Source: Alphaproteobacteria bacterium
Lineage (GTDB): Bacteria > Pseudomonadota > Alphaproteobacteria > UBA828
DNA: 64,000 nucleotides
Reading direction: 5' to 3'
Assembly: GCA_965214705.1 (NCBI GenBank)
Contig: CBDCCI010000002.1
Span: 2,016,001 to 2,080,000, forward strand
The notes under the pieces are model-generated. The model had not been told where the DNA came from, made no database searches, and saw nothing but the letters and a program-made list of their open reading frames with translations. Below are positions 50,129 through 59,421 of this stretch, piece after piece (the first letter of the stretch is position 1; each line of letters starts with the position of its first letter). The position numbers and the translations under genes were made by a program.

Positions 50129-50420
50129 CAAGCCGGCCAAGGCATCACCTCGAACGTCCAGTTCGTGCCGACCTCGCAGCTCGCGGTCTACCGGCCGGAG
50201 CACCGGCTGGAGGACACGATCCTGGGCGAATACACCCAGGCGGGCGGCTTCGACGCCGCCGTCGGATAGGGCAGTAGCCCATGGGAACTCTGCGGGACCT
50301 CGCCGACGCGGCGATGGTCGTCGAAAATGCGGTGGAGGGAGTGGGCGATATCTCCCTCCGCTTCCCCACCTCCGTTCAGCGCCGCGATCTGCTGGCCCGC
50401 CTGAAGCGGGTCAAGCTCAA

Positions 50421-51572
50421 CCCAAGTTGGCAGTGCGCCGTGGAAAGGCGCTCTCTTTCAGCGGGTGCGAATCCCGCCCAACAACTGTCGCTCCGGTTGG
50501 TAGCAGCCAGGGCGGTTCATGGAGGTGACGACATGGGCTGAAGCACCTTGGTGGAAAAGGGCCACCGTTGGGTGGCTCAGCGACCGTGCGGGCCGGAACG
50601 TGAGTGAACGCTGAGCAGGCCTCGAAACGGGTAATGCGAGTGTCGACCCTCCTGCCAAAAGGGGAAGACCGTCGCCGATCGGGAAGAGAGCGACATGCGC
50701 ACCGATCGCGGCTCGCCGGGGTAGTGGCGCCGGCACGCACGGAAGAGGAAGAGAGCAGCAACACGGGAAGCCCTGACGGTGGTGCGCGCACATCAACCGG
50801 AAGCCCGCGAGGGACAGGCCGGGCCGTCAGGGTGGCGGAGAGGCCCGTAAGACTGAGGACGCCGGGTAATGCCGGCCGAGGAAAGGGGCCTCAGGTGTGG
50901 AGGGGTGCCTTGAAGGGAGAAGGGCCAGGGAGTGGCTAAGCCTGTAACCCCGAGAATGGCCGGAGATCCCGGCGGCATCACATGCAAATGGAAGCGAAGG
51001 GGCCGCCCGGAGCAAATCTGCGCGGTACCGCCGGGGCATCGACAGGCCCGGCGGTCAAGGCGGACGACGAATGGACCGCGATGGTTGAGGGGATGCGCAC
51101 CCTTGCGACCGGATCGGAGGTTCCGATCACGTGCGCCATCGTCGCGAGCTTTGCCTGTGTGCGAGATGCATGATCCCACTGGAGAGCTCGGTGCTCGAAA
51201 TGGGCACGCCGGGTTCGGAGAGCGGGGACCGGAAACGCGGCCAAGGGAGCCGGATTGAGGCCCGCAGCGAAAGCGGCGGAATTGCCACCGGACCCTACAG
51301 CAGGCGCGCCAGTCCTCGACTCTACCTTTTTCCGACCGGCCGAGCCTGATCGAGCCGGTTTTGCGGCGCTGAATCACTAGATGTTGGGGTTGGAAGACCC
51401 CTGACCCCCACATTTGCGATCTGTGGTCCTGGAGGTCGATTGTGGGGCCAGGACTTTGGGGTTGAGTCGATATCCCTCTTGCCAGACGCCGCGCCCGCCG
51501 TGTATGCGAAACAGGCATCGCAGAAACGGCGCCGCCATGTACATCAAGGCAACCAGGACGCACACCGACAAG
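50421..51572 (+). mobile_element. Truncated left end of an IS1634 (same type as 61489-63648), split by an intron
   Basis: CCCAAGTTGGCA (50421-50432) plus CTTTTTCCGACC...MYIKATRTHTDK (51326-51572) match the reverse complement of the left end at 63648. Confidence 0.88.
50433..51325 (+). mobile_element. ORF-less group II intron (893 nt)
   Basis: Starts GTGCG and ends GACTCTAC; domain V GAGCTCGGTGCTCGAAATGGGCACGCCGGGTTC near 51184; long domain VI; EBS1 TGCCAA (50653-50658) pairs with exon TTGGCA; no RT ORF. Confidence 0.88.
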
Positions 51573-51693
51573 CGCACCTTCGGTGCTAATGTACTGACAT
51601 AGCGTTGCTTTTTCCTCCTGTTCTTGGCCGACAAGGGCGAATTCGTTCGCCGTTTTCGCCCCGGCTGCAACAGGAAGTGCAGGAGGAGAATCT

Positions 51694-52815
51694 ATGGCAA
51701 CGCTTCGTCTCCACCAAGGCCGCGTCGATGCGCTCAAGCCTCGTAAGTCTGCATACGACATCCGAGACCGGGAACTCAAGGGCTTCGGCGTCAGGGTTCT
51801 GCCCTCGGGCGCCAAGCGCTACTTCATCCATAGCCAGCACGATGGCCGGCGGGTCTGGAAGATGCTCGGCAAGGGCGAGGCCATCGGCGTGGACGAGGCC
51901 CGCGAACGGGCCCAGGCCATACTGGCCTCAATACGGGCTGGAAACGACGACGAGACTGCGGCGGTGCCTGACACCCCGTTCGAGACAGTCGCCGACGAAG
52001 TCTTCCGCCGCTACGCCCGGAACTGGAAGCCGTCGACGCTCAAGGTCAACCAGGGCTACTACCGCAAGCAGATACTGCCTTGGTTCGAGGGACGTCCGAT
52101 CACCGGCATCACCGCCCGCGACGTTCAGCAGTGGTTCGCATCTCTCCACGAGACCCCCGTAGCGGCGGACCGCTCGGCCCCCGTCCTGTCCGTCATCATG
52201 CACCAGGCCGAGGTCTACGGCTACCGGCCCGAGGGGACAAACCCTTGCGCCGGCATCAAGCGCTACCGGCGCCAGGGGCGCGAGCGCTTCCTGTCGACGG
52301 CCGAAGTCAGCCGGCTAGGCTCGGTGTTGGCGAGCCATGAGGCGGGCCACCCGCAGGCTGTGGCGATCATTCGGCTGCTGCTGCTCACCGGATGCCGCAA
52401 GGGCGAGATCATATCCTTGAAGTGGCGCTACTACCGCGAGGGCAAGCTCTTCCTCCCCGATAGCAAGGTCGGGCCGCGCACGGTCTGGCTCTCCTCCCCC
52501 GCGCGCGCCATCCTCGACGGCCTGCCTCGCACTGCCGTCTGGGTCTTCCCCTCGCCAAGGAACGGCCTCCTGCATGCAGCGTCGGTTGGCAGCGTCTGGC
52601 ATCGTGTAAGGGAAGAAGCTGACCTGCACGATGTCCGCCTTCACGATCTCCGACATACGCATGCCAGCATGGCCCTGGCGCAGGGCGAGACGGTGCTGAC
52701 CATCGGCCGGCTTCTCGGACACCGCAATCCGGCGACGACGCTGAAGTACATCCACCTGTCCGACGCCATGGTGCGCGAGGCGGTGGACGTTGTCGGCGCA
52801 GCCCTCGAGGGTTGA
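51694..52815 (+). CDS. Tyrosine recombinase/integrase, first of a tandem pair
   Basis: RBS AGGAGG; GFGVRVLPSG arm domain; TGCR, K, HDLRH, LLGH, Y. Confidence 0.9.
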   Translation: MATLRLHQGRVDALKPRKSAYDIRDRELKGFGVRVLPSGAKRYFIHSQHDGRRVWKMLGKGEAIGVDEARERAQAILASIRAGNDDETAAVPDTPFETVADEVFRRYARNWKPSTLKVNQGYYRKQILPWFEGRPITGITARDVQQWFASLHETPVAADRSAPVLSVIMHQAEVYGYRPEGTNPCAGIKRYRRQGRERFLSTAEVSRLGSVLASHEAGHPQAVAIIRLLLLTGCRKGEIISLKWRYYREGKLFLPDSKVGPRTVWLSSPARAILDGLPRTAVWVFPSPRNGLLHAASVGSVWHRVREEADLHDVRLHDLRHTHASMALAQGETVLTIGRLLGHRNPATTLKYIHLSDAMVREAVDVVGAALEG

Positions 52816-53975
52816 TCCGTGGCCGTGAGGAGGAGGCGTCTGACTGACGCAAGTGTCGCGAAGCTGGTACCGGCGGCCCGCGAGTATACCGTTTGGGACA
52901 CGCGCCATGCGGGTCTCGGCATTCGGGTGCGGCCGTCGGGGCACCGGAGCTTCATATACTGGCGGAAGGGCGAGGACAGTGCGCGCAGGATCACGCTCGG
53001 GCCTGCGTCGTTGATGAAGATCGAGGAGGCGCGCAGCCAGTGCGTCTCCATCGAGAGCGGCGCACGATCCGGCCAGGCACGGCGCGACAAGGTGCCCACC
53101 TTCGAGGAATTTGTCGCGGGTCCGGGGCGGACGTGTTTCGAGCGGGGCAAGCCGTCGACGCGGAAAGTCTTTGCCAGGGTCGTCTCCGTGCGACTGCTGC
53201 CCGCCTTCGGCTCGTTGCCGCTGGACCGGATCACCCGCGCCGACGTGACCCGCTGGTTCGACGAATGCAGCCGGACCACGCCGGGCGCGGCCAACAAGGC
53301 GTTGAACCTGCTCAGCCGGGTTCTCAATCATGCGATCGTCTGCGGCCATATCCAGGCGAACCCCGCGCGTGGCATCCAGTGGAACCCCGGTGCCAAGCTC
53401 ACCCGCTTCTTGTCGCGCGAGGAAGTCCGCCGACTTCATCACGCCCTGGATCGCCACAATCACGCGCGACCGTCGCGCGCGCGACAGGCGGACGTCATCC
53501 GTCTTCTCTTGCTCACCGGCTGCCGGAAGAGCGAAATCCTGACTCTGCGCTGGCAGGACGGGGACGGGGACACGCTTAATCTAATCGATGCGAAGACTGG
53601 ACCGAGGCGGGTCTTTCTGAATGCGCCGGCCCGCGCCATCCTTGAGAGGCAGCCGCGCTCGGGGAGCACCTACGTCTTCCCTGCGCCGTCGAATCCCGGT
53701 CGACCGCTTTCGCATCACCTGCCCCTCTGGCGTTCGGTACGCAGGGAAGCCGGGATCGAAGACGTGCGCATCCACGACCTCAGACACACGCACGCCAGCC
53801 ACGCCGTTCTGCAAGGCGTCCCGCTTCCGGTGATCTTTCGTTCATTGTGCCACTCCATTGCAGGTCATTGTAATTGCGAGACTTTTGTGTTCGGACTTGC
53901 CGCGACACGGAGATTTTCCCGTCCGGGGAGCCCGAGAATGCCGATGCTGTGCGTAGCCGCATGATCGGCGTTTCC

Positions 53976-56033
53976 CTAACTCGCTGTAAACATTGAGAGC
54001 TGCCCGTCTTCAGCGGCGCGACACGGACGCCTGCGGCGCTGGCACGCCTCAAGCACCTTCGGGTCTTCGATAGCCGCCGCACGGATCCGCCACGGCGCCT
54101 GTGGCACCGCCTGTTCGGCGGCCAGAACGCCGTCCTTGATCAGGCGGCGGATCACGTGGCTGGTCACGCCGAGCTTCGCGGCGGCCTGTGACATCGTCAG
54201 CCAAGCCTCCTGCATCTTGTCGGAGCGCGCGCCGCGAATGCGGTGATGAATCCGAACATTCTTGACAATGGATCCGGTCCAGGTGTTACCCATGCCGCTC
54301 CGCATCCCCATGCGATTGAGCGTGGCGGCGATCTCGGCGTCCGACCACGGCCCGGCCATGCTGCGGATCACCTTGAGCGCATCTTCGGGCGTGCGACGGA
54401 AAGTTCCGCCGCGTGCCTGTTTGCGAACGCGAAGCTGTGAGTGTCGGCCACCCCGCCAGCGGATCACCAGAACCACCTCGCGTGCGGCTTCATCCACGTC
54501 GGCGACGATGTCCTCGATGACGCCGCGCAGCAGTTGCTGGCGGGCGCGCATCGTGGTCCCCGGCGCCTCCCACGCGGCTTCGAGATCGTCGGCGAGGGAG
54601 GTGAAGTCGGGAACCTCGCCGCAGCCCTCCGGCGGCTCGCTCAGGCGCGCCTCGAACGCCGCCACACGCTGCAGCGCGGCCTCCCAGGTCTTTTCCAACT
54701 GCGCCGCAATCAAGCGATTGTCGGGATCGCAGGCCGCGTAGCGGCGTTCCGCCAGTGACGCATCGTAGCGGGCTTGCTCCAACTCCAATTCCATCAGCCG
54801 CCGGCCTTCGCTGCGCTCCTCCATACGCCTCCTCTCTGCCTCAAGGGCTGCCTCGACCGCGAGCGGCGACACCGCCCGAAGGACCTCGCCGACAACCGCC
54901 TTCTCGACACGGCGCCCGCCGAAGCTCAGACAACGCTTGTGGCCCTCGTTCTGCCGACTGCGGCAGCCATAGTAGGGTGCAGGCGTCCTGCTGCCGTAGG
55001 ACACCACCAAGCGGTTCCCGCAGCGCGCGCAGGTCAGCAGCCCTGCCAGCAAGGCCGACCCACCGCGCCCCGACTTGACGCCGTCACTGCGTGCGTAGTT
55101 GTTGGCCCGAAGCTGCTCGCGGTTTCGCTTGAACTCCTTCCAGTCGATGAAGCTCGGGTGATGATCTTCAATCACGACTTCCCAGTCTTCAAGCGGTTTG
55201 GCGCAGCCATAGATCTTCCGCAGGCGGCCGTCGACCACGGTCGTGCGCGTGCCGCTCTTGCCGTAGACGTAGGTCCCGGCATAGAACGGGTTCGTCAAGG
55301 TCGACAGGACGTTGTAGTAGCGGATCGGGCGCCAGTCGAAGCCCGTCCCGCCACGCTTGTCGGACGGCTTCGGGAAGTGGAACCTGTCTTCCTTCATCGA
55401 GAGCAGCACTTGGCGTGCGCTGCCGAGTCGGCGGAAGCGCTCGAAAATCTCCCGGATCGTCGCCTGAAGCCGCTCGTCCGGATCGAGGGCGAGCCCGGTC
55501 TCGCGGTCCCAGATGTAGCCCGGCGGCACTGGTATGCGCAGCTCGCCGCGCCGCGCCTTGCCGCGCGCCGCCTCGGACATGCGGGCGCGCAGCTGGCTGA
55601 GCTCGAAGGTCGAGATGCTGCCCTTCATCCCCAGCAGAAGCCTGTCATTGGGCAGGTTCGGGTCGTAGACCCCATCGAGATCGATGATCCGTCCGCCGAC
55701 GAAGCCGCAGACCTCGAGGAGATGCTCCCAGTCCCGGCCGTTGCGCGCCAGCCTGGTGGCATCGAGGCAAAGCACGGCACCGACCATGTTCTCGTACATC
55801 AATGCCAGCAGCCGCTCGAAGCCCGGCCGCTCTGCCATGCCGCTGGCCGTGCGGCCGAGGTCGTCGTCGATCGCCTCGACATCGCGGAACCCGTGATGGC
55901 GGGCGGCTTCGACGAGTTCATACTGACGCCGCCGGCTTTCAGGGTTGTTGATTATCTGCCCGGGCTTGGACTGGCGGATGTAAACGACCGCCTTGCGCTT
56001 CAACAGCACGGCCGGGAGATCAGCGCTCCTCAT
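53976..56033 (-). CDS. Large serine recombinase with zinc ribbon and C-terminal HTH
   Basis: YIRQS catalytic Ser, DDLGRTASG..RPGF, RLARN, LLTCARCG, excisionase-like HTH LTMSQAAAKLGVT. Confidence 0.92.
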   Translation of the reverse strand: MRSADLPAVLLKRKAVVYIRQSKPGQIINNPESRRRQYELVEAARHHGFRDVEAIDDDLGRTASGMAERPGFERLLALMYENMVGAVLCLDATRLARNGRDWEHLLEVCGFVGGRIIDLDGVYDPNLPNDRLLLGMKGSISTFELSQLRARMSEAARGKARRGELRIPVPPGYIWDRETGLALDPDERLQATIREIFERFRRLGSARQVLLSMKEDRFHFPKPSDKRGGTGFDWRPIRYYNVLSTLTNPFYAGTYVYGKSGTRTTVVDGRLRKIYGCAKPLEDWEVVIEDHHPSFIDWKEFKRNREQLRANNYARSDGVKSGRGGSALLAGLLTCARCGNRLVVSYGSRTPAPYYGCRSRQNEGHKRCLSFGGRRVEKAVVGEVLRAVSPLAVEAALEAERRRMEERSEGRRLMELELEQARYDASLAERRYAACDPDNRLIAAQLEKTWEAALQRVAAFEARLSEPPEGCGEVPDFTSLADDLEAAWEAPGTTMRARQQLLRGVIEDIVADVDEAAREVVLVIRWRGGRHSQLRVRKQARGGTFRRTPEDALKVIRSMAGPWSDAEIAATLNRMGMRSGMGNTWTGSIVKNVRIHHRIRGARSDKMQEAWLTMSQAAAKLGVTSHVIRRLIKDGVLAAEQAVPQAPWRIRAAAIEDPKVLEACQRRRRPCRAAEDGQLSMFTAS

Positions 56034-56500
56034 TGCTGTCCTCCTGCATCGCAGGTTCGGCCGCTTGTGTCAGAAGAGTGGCCAACCGTTCCGTCACGAT
56101 CATGCGTTCGGCCAGGCTCAGCCCCTGAAGCTCGGTCGATTCGAACGCCAGTGCGATCTGGCGCGGGGATGGTGGAAGAACTTTCAAGGCGGACGTCATC
56201 GGTCTCCCCTCGGGAAAGATTCGTAGCTTCCCGAGAGTCCTGCCTGACGCCGGTGTCGATCAACAGACTGTGGAGTTCTGCCAATGCAGAAAGAGAGATC
56301 TCCGGTTCGCCCAACTCCATTCCCGCGCAGGCCGCTGCATCGAGCATCCAGCTCGGGATCAGGGTCAACTCGCCGGAGGGGGCCTCGACCCGAACCGCAG
56401 GATCGGAAGCGCGCTGCTCACGCTGGACTACGCGAACCGAAAGCCCGTGAAAGCGGTGCCAAGGATAATGGACCTCCGCAATCTGCCCGATATGGGCAGA
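56030..56500 (-). CDS. Small accessory protein upstream of the recombinase (Y4bD/DUF5372-like); start uncertain
   Basis: VHYPWH.FHG...IPSWMLD...LSALAEL..LL; stop overlaps the recombinase ATG. Confidence 0.55.
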   Translation of the reverse strand, partial: SAHIGQIAEVHYPWHRFHGLSVRVVQREQRASDPAVRVEAPSGELTLIPSWMLDAAACAGMELGEPEISLSALAELHSLLIDTGVRQDSREATNLSRGETDDVRLESSSTIPAPDRTGVRIDRASGAEPGRTHDRDGTVGHSSDTSGRTCDAGGQQ

Positions 56501-56849
56501 AAGGCTTATCCCCTTACATCCGGCTTCTCCATATGTGGGGTGCCGGATCGCTGGGCACTTTACGGGCAACCCATTGAGACACGGAAGGAACTGCGACCGT
56601 GTCGGATACCGCCGCCGAGGTGGCCGGTACAACATGTTGGGGAACCGGAGCCAGAGGGATAAGCCTTTGGGCAGAATGTAAGGAAGACGGTCGTCTCCCG
56701 GCTGCTTGGCCACTCCAATTCGCGCATGACGCTCCGCTATGTTCATGTCGGCGACCGCGAGATCGAGGCGGCGGCAGAACGCATCGGTGTAGCCATCAGG
56801 GCGGCATTGGACGCTGGTACCACAAACTCGGGCGACTAACCTAGTGTTG

Positions 56850-58936
56850 CAGGACCATTTCTTAGTCCGGGCTGAGACCACGAGATGAGGAAGAGCGCGT
56901 CCGGTGGAGGGGATTTGGGGCATTCCCGAGCTCGGCTCGGCCGATTCAATGGACGCTGTCGAAGCTGCCGAACGGCGTTCTCGGGCTCTTCGGGCGTGAT
57001 TATCCGGCGTCGGCAGCGGACGCGCCGCGACCCACGTGCTTCTGTGGTGGCGCCTGCGGGATCAGGCGCCGGGCGTGCTCAGGATGACGGCGAGGGCGTC
57101 CTGCGCGCGGGCGGCATAGTGGCGGTTGGCCTCGGGCAGATAGCGGAAGCGGCCGTCGCTGCGCACGATGGCGATGGCCGCGTTGGTCAGGCAGGCGAGA
57201 TTGCGGGGCATGTGGCGCACGTACGCCCGGCAGCGGTCTTCGTCGTAGGTGAAGTCGCGCACGTAGTGCAGCCTGTTTTCGATGTGCCAGTGGTTGCGGA
57301 CCAGGGTCAGCAGCTCCTCGGGCCCGGCGCGGTCTGCGCTGAGCGAGGTGAGGCTGTAGGCCACCTCGATGCTGCGCTTGCCGGTCTTGAGGATCTCGCG
57401 CTCGCGTTCGATGCGCACCGCCTGGCGGCGACCATGGAGATTGGCGTAGCCGTCCCACTCGGCGCCGGAGAGGTCGACGACGGCACAGCGTCGGCGCTCG
57501 ATGCGGCCATGTCCCTTGTCGACGGTTTCGTGCCAGGGCGCGTCGCTGAAGTCGATCGCCTTGAGGTCTTCGAGGATGGTCTCCTGATTGTCCTTGATGG
57601 CGCTGACCACATAGTCGGCGCGGCGTCCGAGCAGGCAGCGCGCGGTTTCCTGCTGGGCGTGCATCGCGTCCATGGTGACGATGCGCTCGGTCAGGTCGAG
57701 GCTGCTGGAGAGCTCGCGCACGGCCGGGATTTCGTTGCTCTTGCTGTCGACCTCGACCTGTCCGAGGACCAGACCGCTGTCGTGCTCCACCGCCGCGACC
57801 ATCATCCGGCGTCCGTTCTCGGTCTGCGCAGACGCGCCGCGCAGGTCCTTTCCGTCCAAGGCGATCGGCGCATGCGAGGTGCTTTGCTGGGCGGTCCACT
57901 GGCCGATGGCATTGTCCAGGGTCTCGGGAGGCAGGGCTGCGAGGATTTTGTGGAAGGTGGTGATCGAAGGCGCGGTATAGCACTTCCTGGAAGGGCTCCA
58001 GAACGCGCCCACCGCCTCGAGCTGGTCCTGGCTGAGCAGGGCGGCGAACTGGGCGAACGCGGTCACGCCGCGATAGCCGGCAAGCCGGGCCGCGACGGCG
58101 AGCGCGAGCACGGTGCTCAAGGGGTAGCGCTTGCCCCGCGCGAAGCGGCACTCGGGTACCTCGCCCAGGCACTCGAACAGACTGCGCAGCCCAGGCGCGG
58201 CCATCGGCTCGGTGTGTTGCTCAGCGTTCCAGTGCGCCGGCATCTCGGTCCGGCTCAGCGCCTCGGCGGCGCCTTCGCTCAGTTCGAACACGAAGACCTC
58301 CTTGGGCTGGCCGTGGTGGCGCCAGCGCGGCGCAGCCCCGGGGTCGCGGGCAAAGCCGCGCGTCATCCCCAGCGAGCGCCAGTTCGACGCGCGGTAGCAG
58401 GTGCCGGCGAACCTCGAAGGGTCCACGAAAGTCTCGGCCAGGAGCACCGGGTAGCCGTGCACCGCCTGCATGTCCGCAGACAGCCGTCTCAGGCTCAGCC
58501 CCAGCACCCGCGAGGCCAGGTTGGGCACCCGGTGCGGCGTCAGGATGACGAAACGCGAGTTGTTGGCGATCAGATGCAGGCGCCGGAACTGCTGCTCCGT
58601 CGACCAACCGATCCAGCCGTCGCGCGCGGCCAGCTTGAACGCGCCCGGCTGCCAGCCGATCAGAGCAACCCAGCTCTCGCCGTGTACCGCGACATGGCGC
58701 AGGCCTTTGCCGATGACGCCGTGAAACGCCAGGTAGTGATGCTCCGACACCAGCCGGTCCCAGCGCCGGTGTTCCCGCGCGCCCCAGGTCGGACGCACCG
58801 TGACCGCGCGCAGATCAATGGACCAATCCTCGACCAGCAGCGGCGCCATCAACGGCACACTGCCACGCCGAGAACGAAATGACCAGCCCGGAGTTCAGAT
58901 CACGACGCCCGCGGGGCGAACAAAAAACTAGCCCTG
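56850..58936 (-). mobile_element. ISAs1-family element
   Basis: CAGG ends; 10-bp TSD CCTAGTGTTG (56840-56849, 58937-58946). Confidence 0.85.
57062..58858 (-). CDS. DUF4338/DruA-like domain fused in frame to an ISAs1 transposase
   Basis: HHYL, RDGWIGW, NNSRFVIL, ETFVD..RFAGTCYRASNW; then LDGKDLRG, KSNEI, TMDAMHAQ, IKDNQ, HGRIERR, RNHWHIEN, EDRCR. Confidence 0.88.
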   Translation of the reverse strand: MPLMAPLLVEDWSIDLRAVTVRPTWGAREHRRWDRLVSEHHYLAFHGVIGKGLRHVAVHGESWVALIGWQPGAFKLAARDGWIGWSTEQQFRRLHLIANNSRFVILTPHRVPNLASRVLGLSLRRLSADMQAVHGYPVLLAETFVDPSRFAGTCYRASNWRSLGMTRGFARDPGAAPRWRHHGQPKEVFVFELSEGAAEALSRTEMPAHWNAEQHTEPMAAPGLRSLFECLGEVPECRFARGKRYPLSTVLALAVAARLAGYRGVTAFAQFAALLSQDQLEAVGAFWSPSRKCYTAPSITTFHKILAALPPETLDNAIGQWTAQQSTSHAPIALDGKDLRGASAQTENGRRMMVAAVEHDSGLVLGQVEVDSKSNEIPAVRELSSSLDLTERIVTMDAMHAQQETARCLLGRRADYVVSAIKDNQETILEDLKAIDFSDAPWHETVDKGHGRIERRRCAVVDLSGAEWDGYANLHGRRQAVRIEREREILKTGKRSIEVAYSLTSLSADRAGPEELLTLVRNHWHIENRLHYVRDFTYDEDRCRAYVRHMPRNLACLTNAAIAIVRSDGRFRYLPEANRHYAARAQDALAVILSTPGA

Positions 58937-59421
58937 CCTAGTGTTGTGTCCCTCAAATACGAGCAATATAATGATGCCCTCTCAACCCATCTTCGTCATT
59001 TTGGTCCGAGCGCGAGGGCTAAGTTGTTGAAAGGGCGGCGTTAAATAATTCTCGGCCCTGGATTATGGCACTACGTTTGTGTCCTCACCACCGTTCTCGG
59101 CTGACACCGCGCAGCGTCAGCGAGGTCGGTACTTGGCTTGAAGGATGTGACTCAGCGCACCTTTCCGCCGACGCGTTCGCTGCGCAAGAGGCGCCAGTGT
59201 CATACCTGCCTCTGCCGTCCCTGCGACCGGTGGAAGCGCTGAGGATCAACATGGCAGCAGGGTTCCGCATTACATGCGGCCAGTCAAGCCGCCATGGGGC
59301 CGACGGACGCGATTATGGCGCTACTTTCGATTTCCTAAATAACAATCCAATAAAATCAGTGCTTTAGGCTCTCTCGACTACCCGAAATCAGCCAATCCGG
59401 CCCGAAAAGTGGCAAAGATGG

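Larger units (their letters stand above)
53832..56691 (-). mobile_element. 2860-bp serine-recombinase mobile element
   Basis: Shared CGGT at both junctions (53828-53831, 56688-56691); rejoined ends form an imperfect palindrome. Confidence 0.82.
52819..56839 (+). pseudogene. Second tyrosine recombinase, interrupted (pieces 52819-53831 and 56692-56839)
   Basis: HDLRHTHASHAVLQGVPLPV resumes as VSRLLGHSNSRMTLRYVH...AAAERIG after removing 53832-56691. Confidence 0.88.

Noticed and set aside
49719-50528. Repetitive ORFs across the array (49719-50528, 49840-50277)
   Set aside because: Artefacts of translating CRISPR repeats
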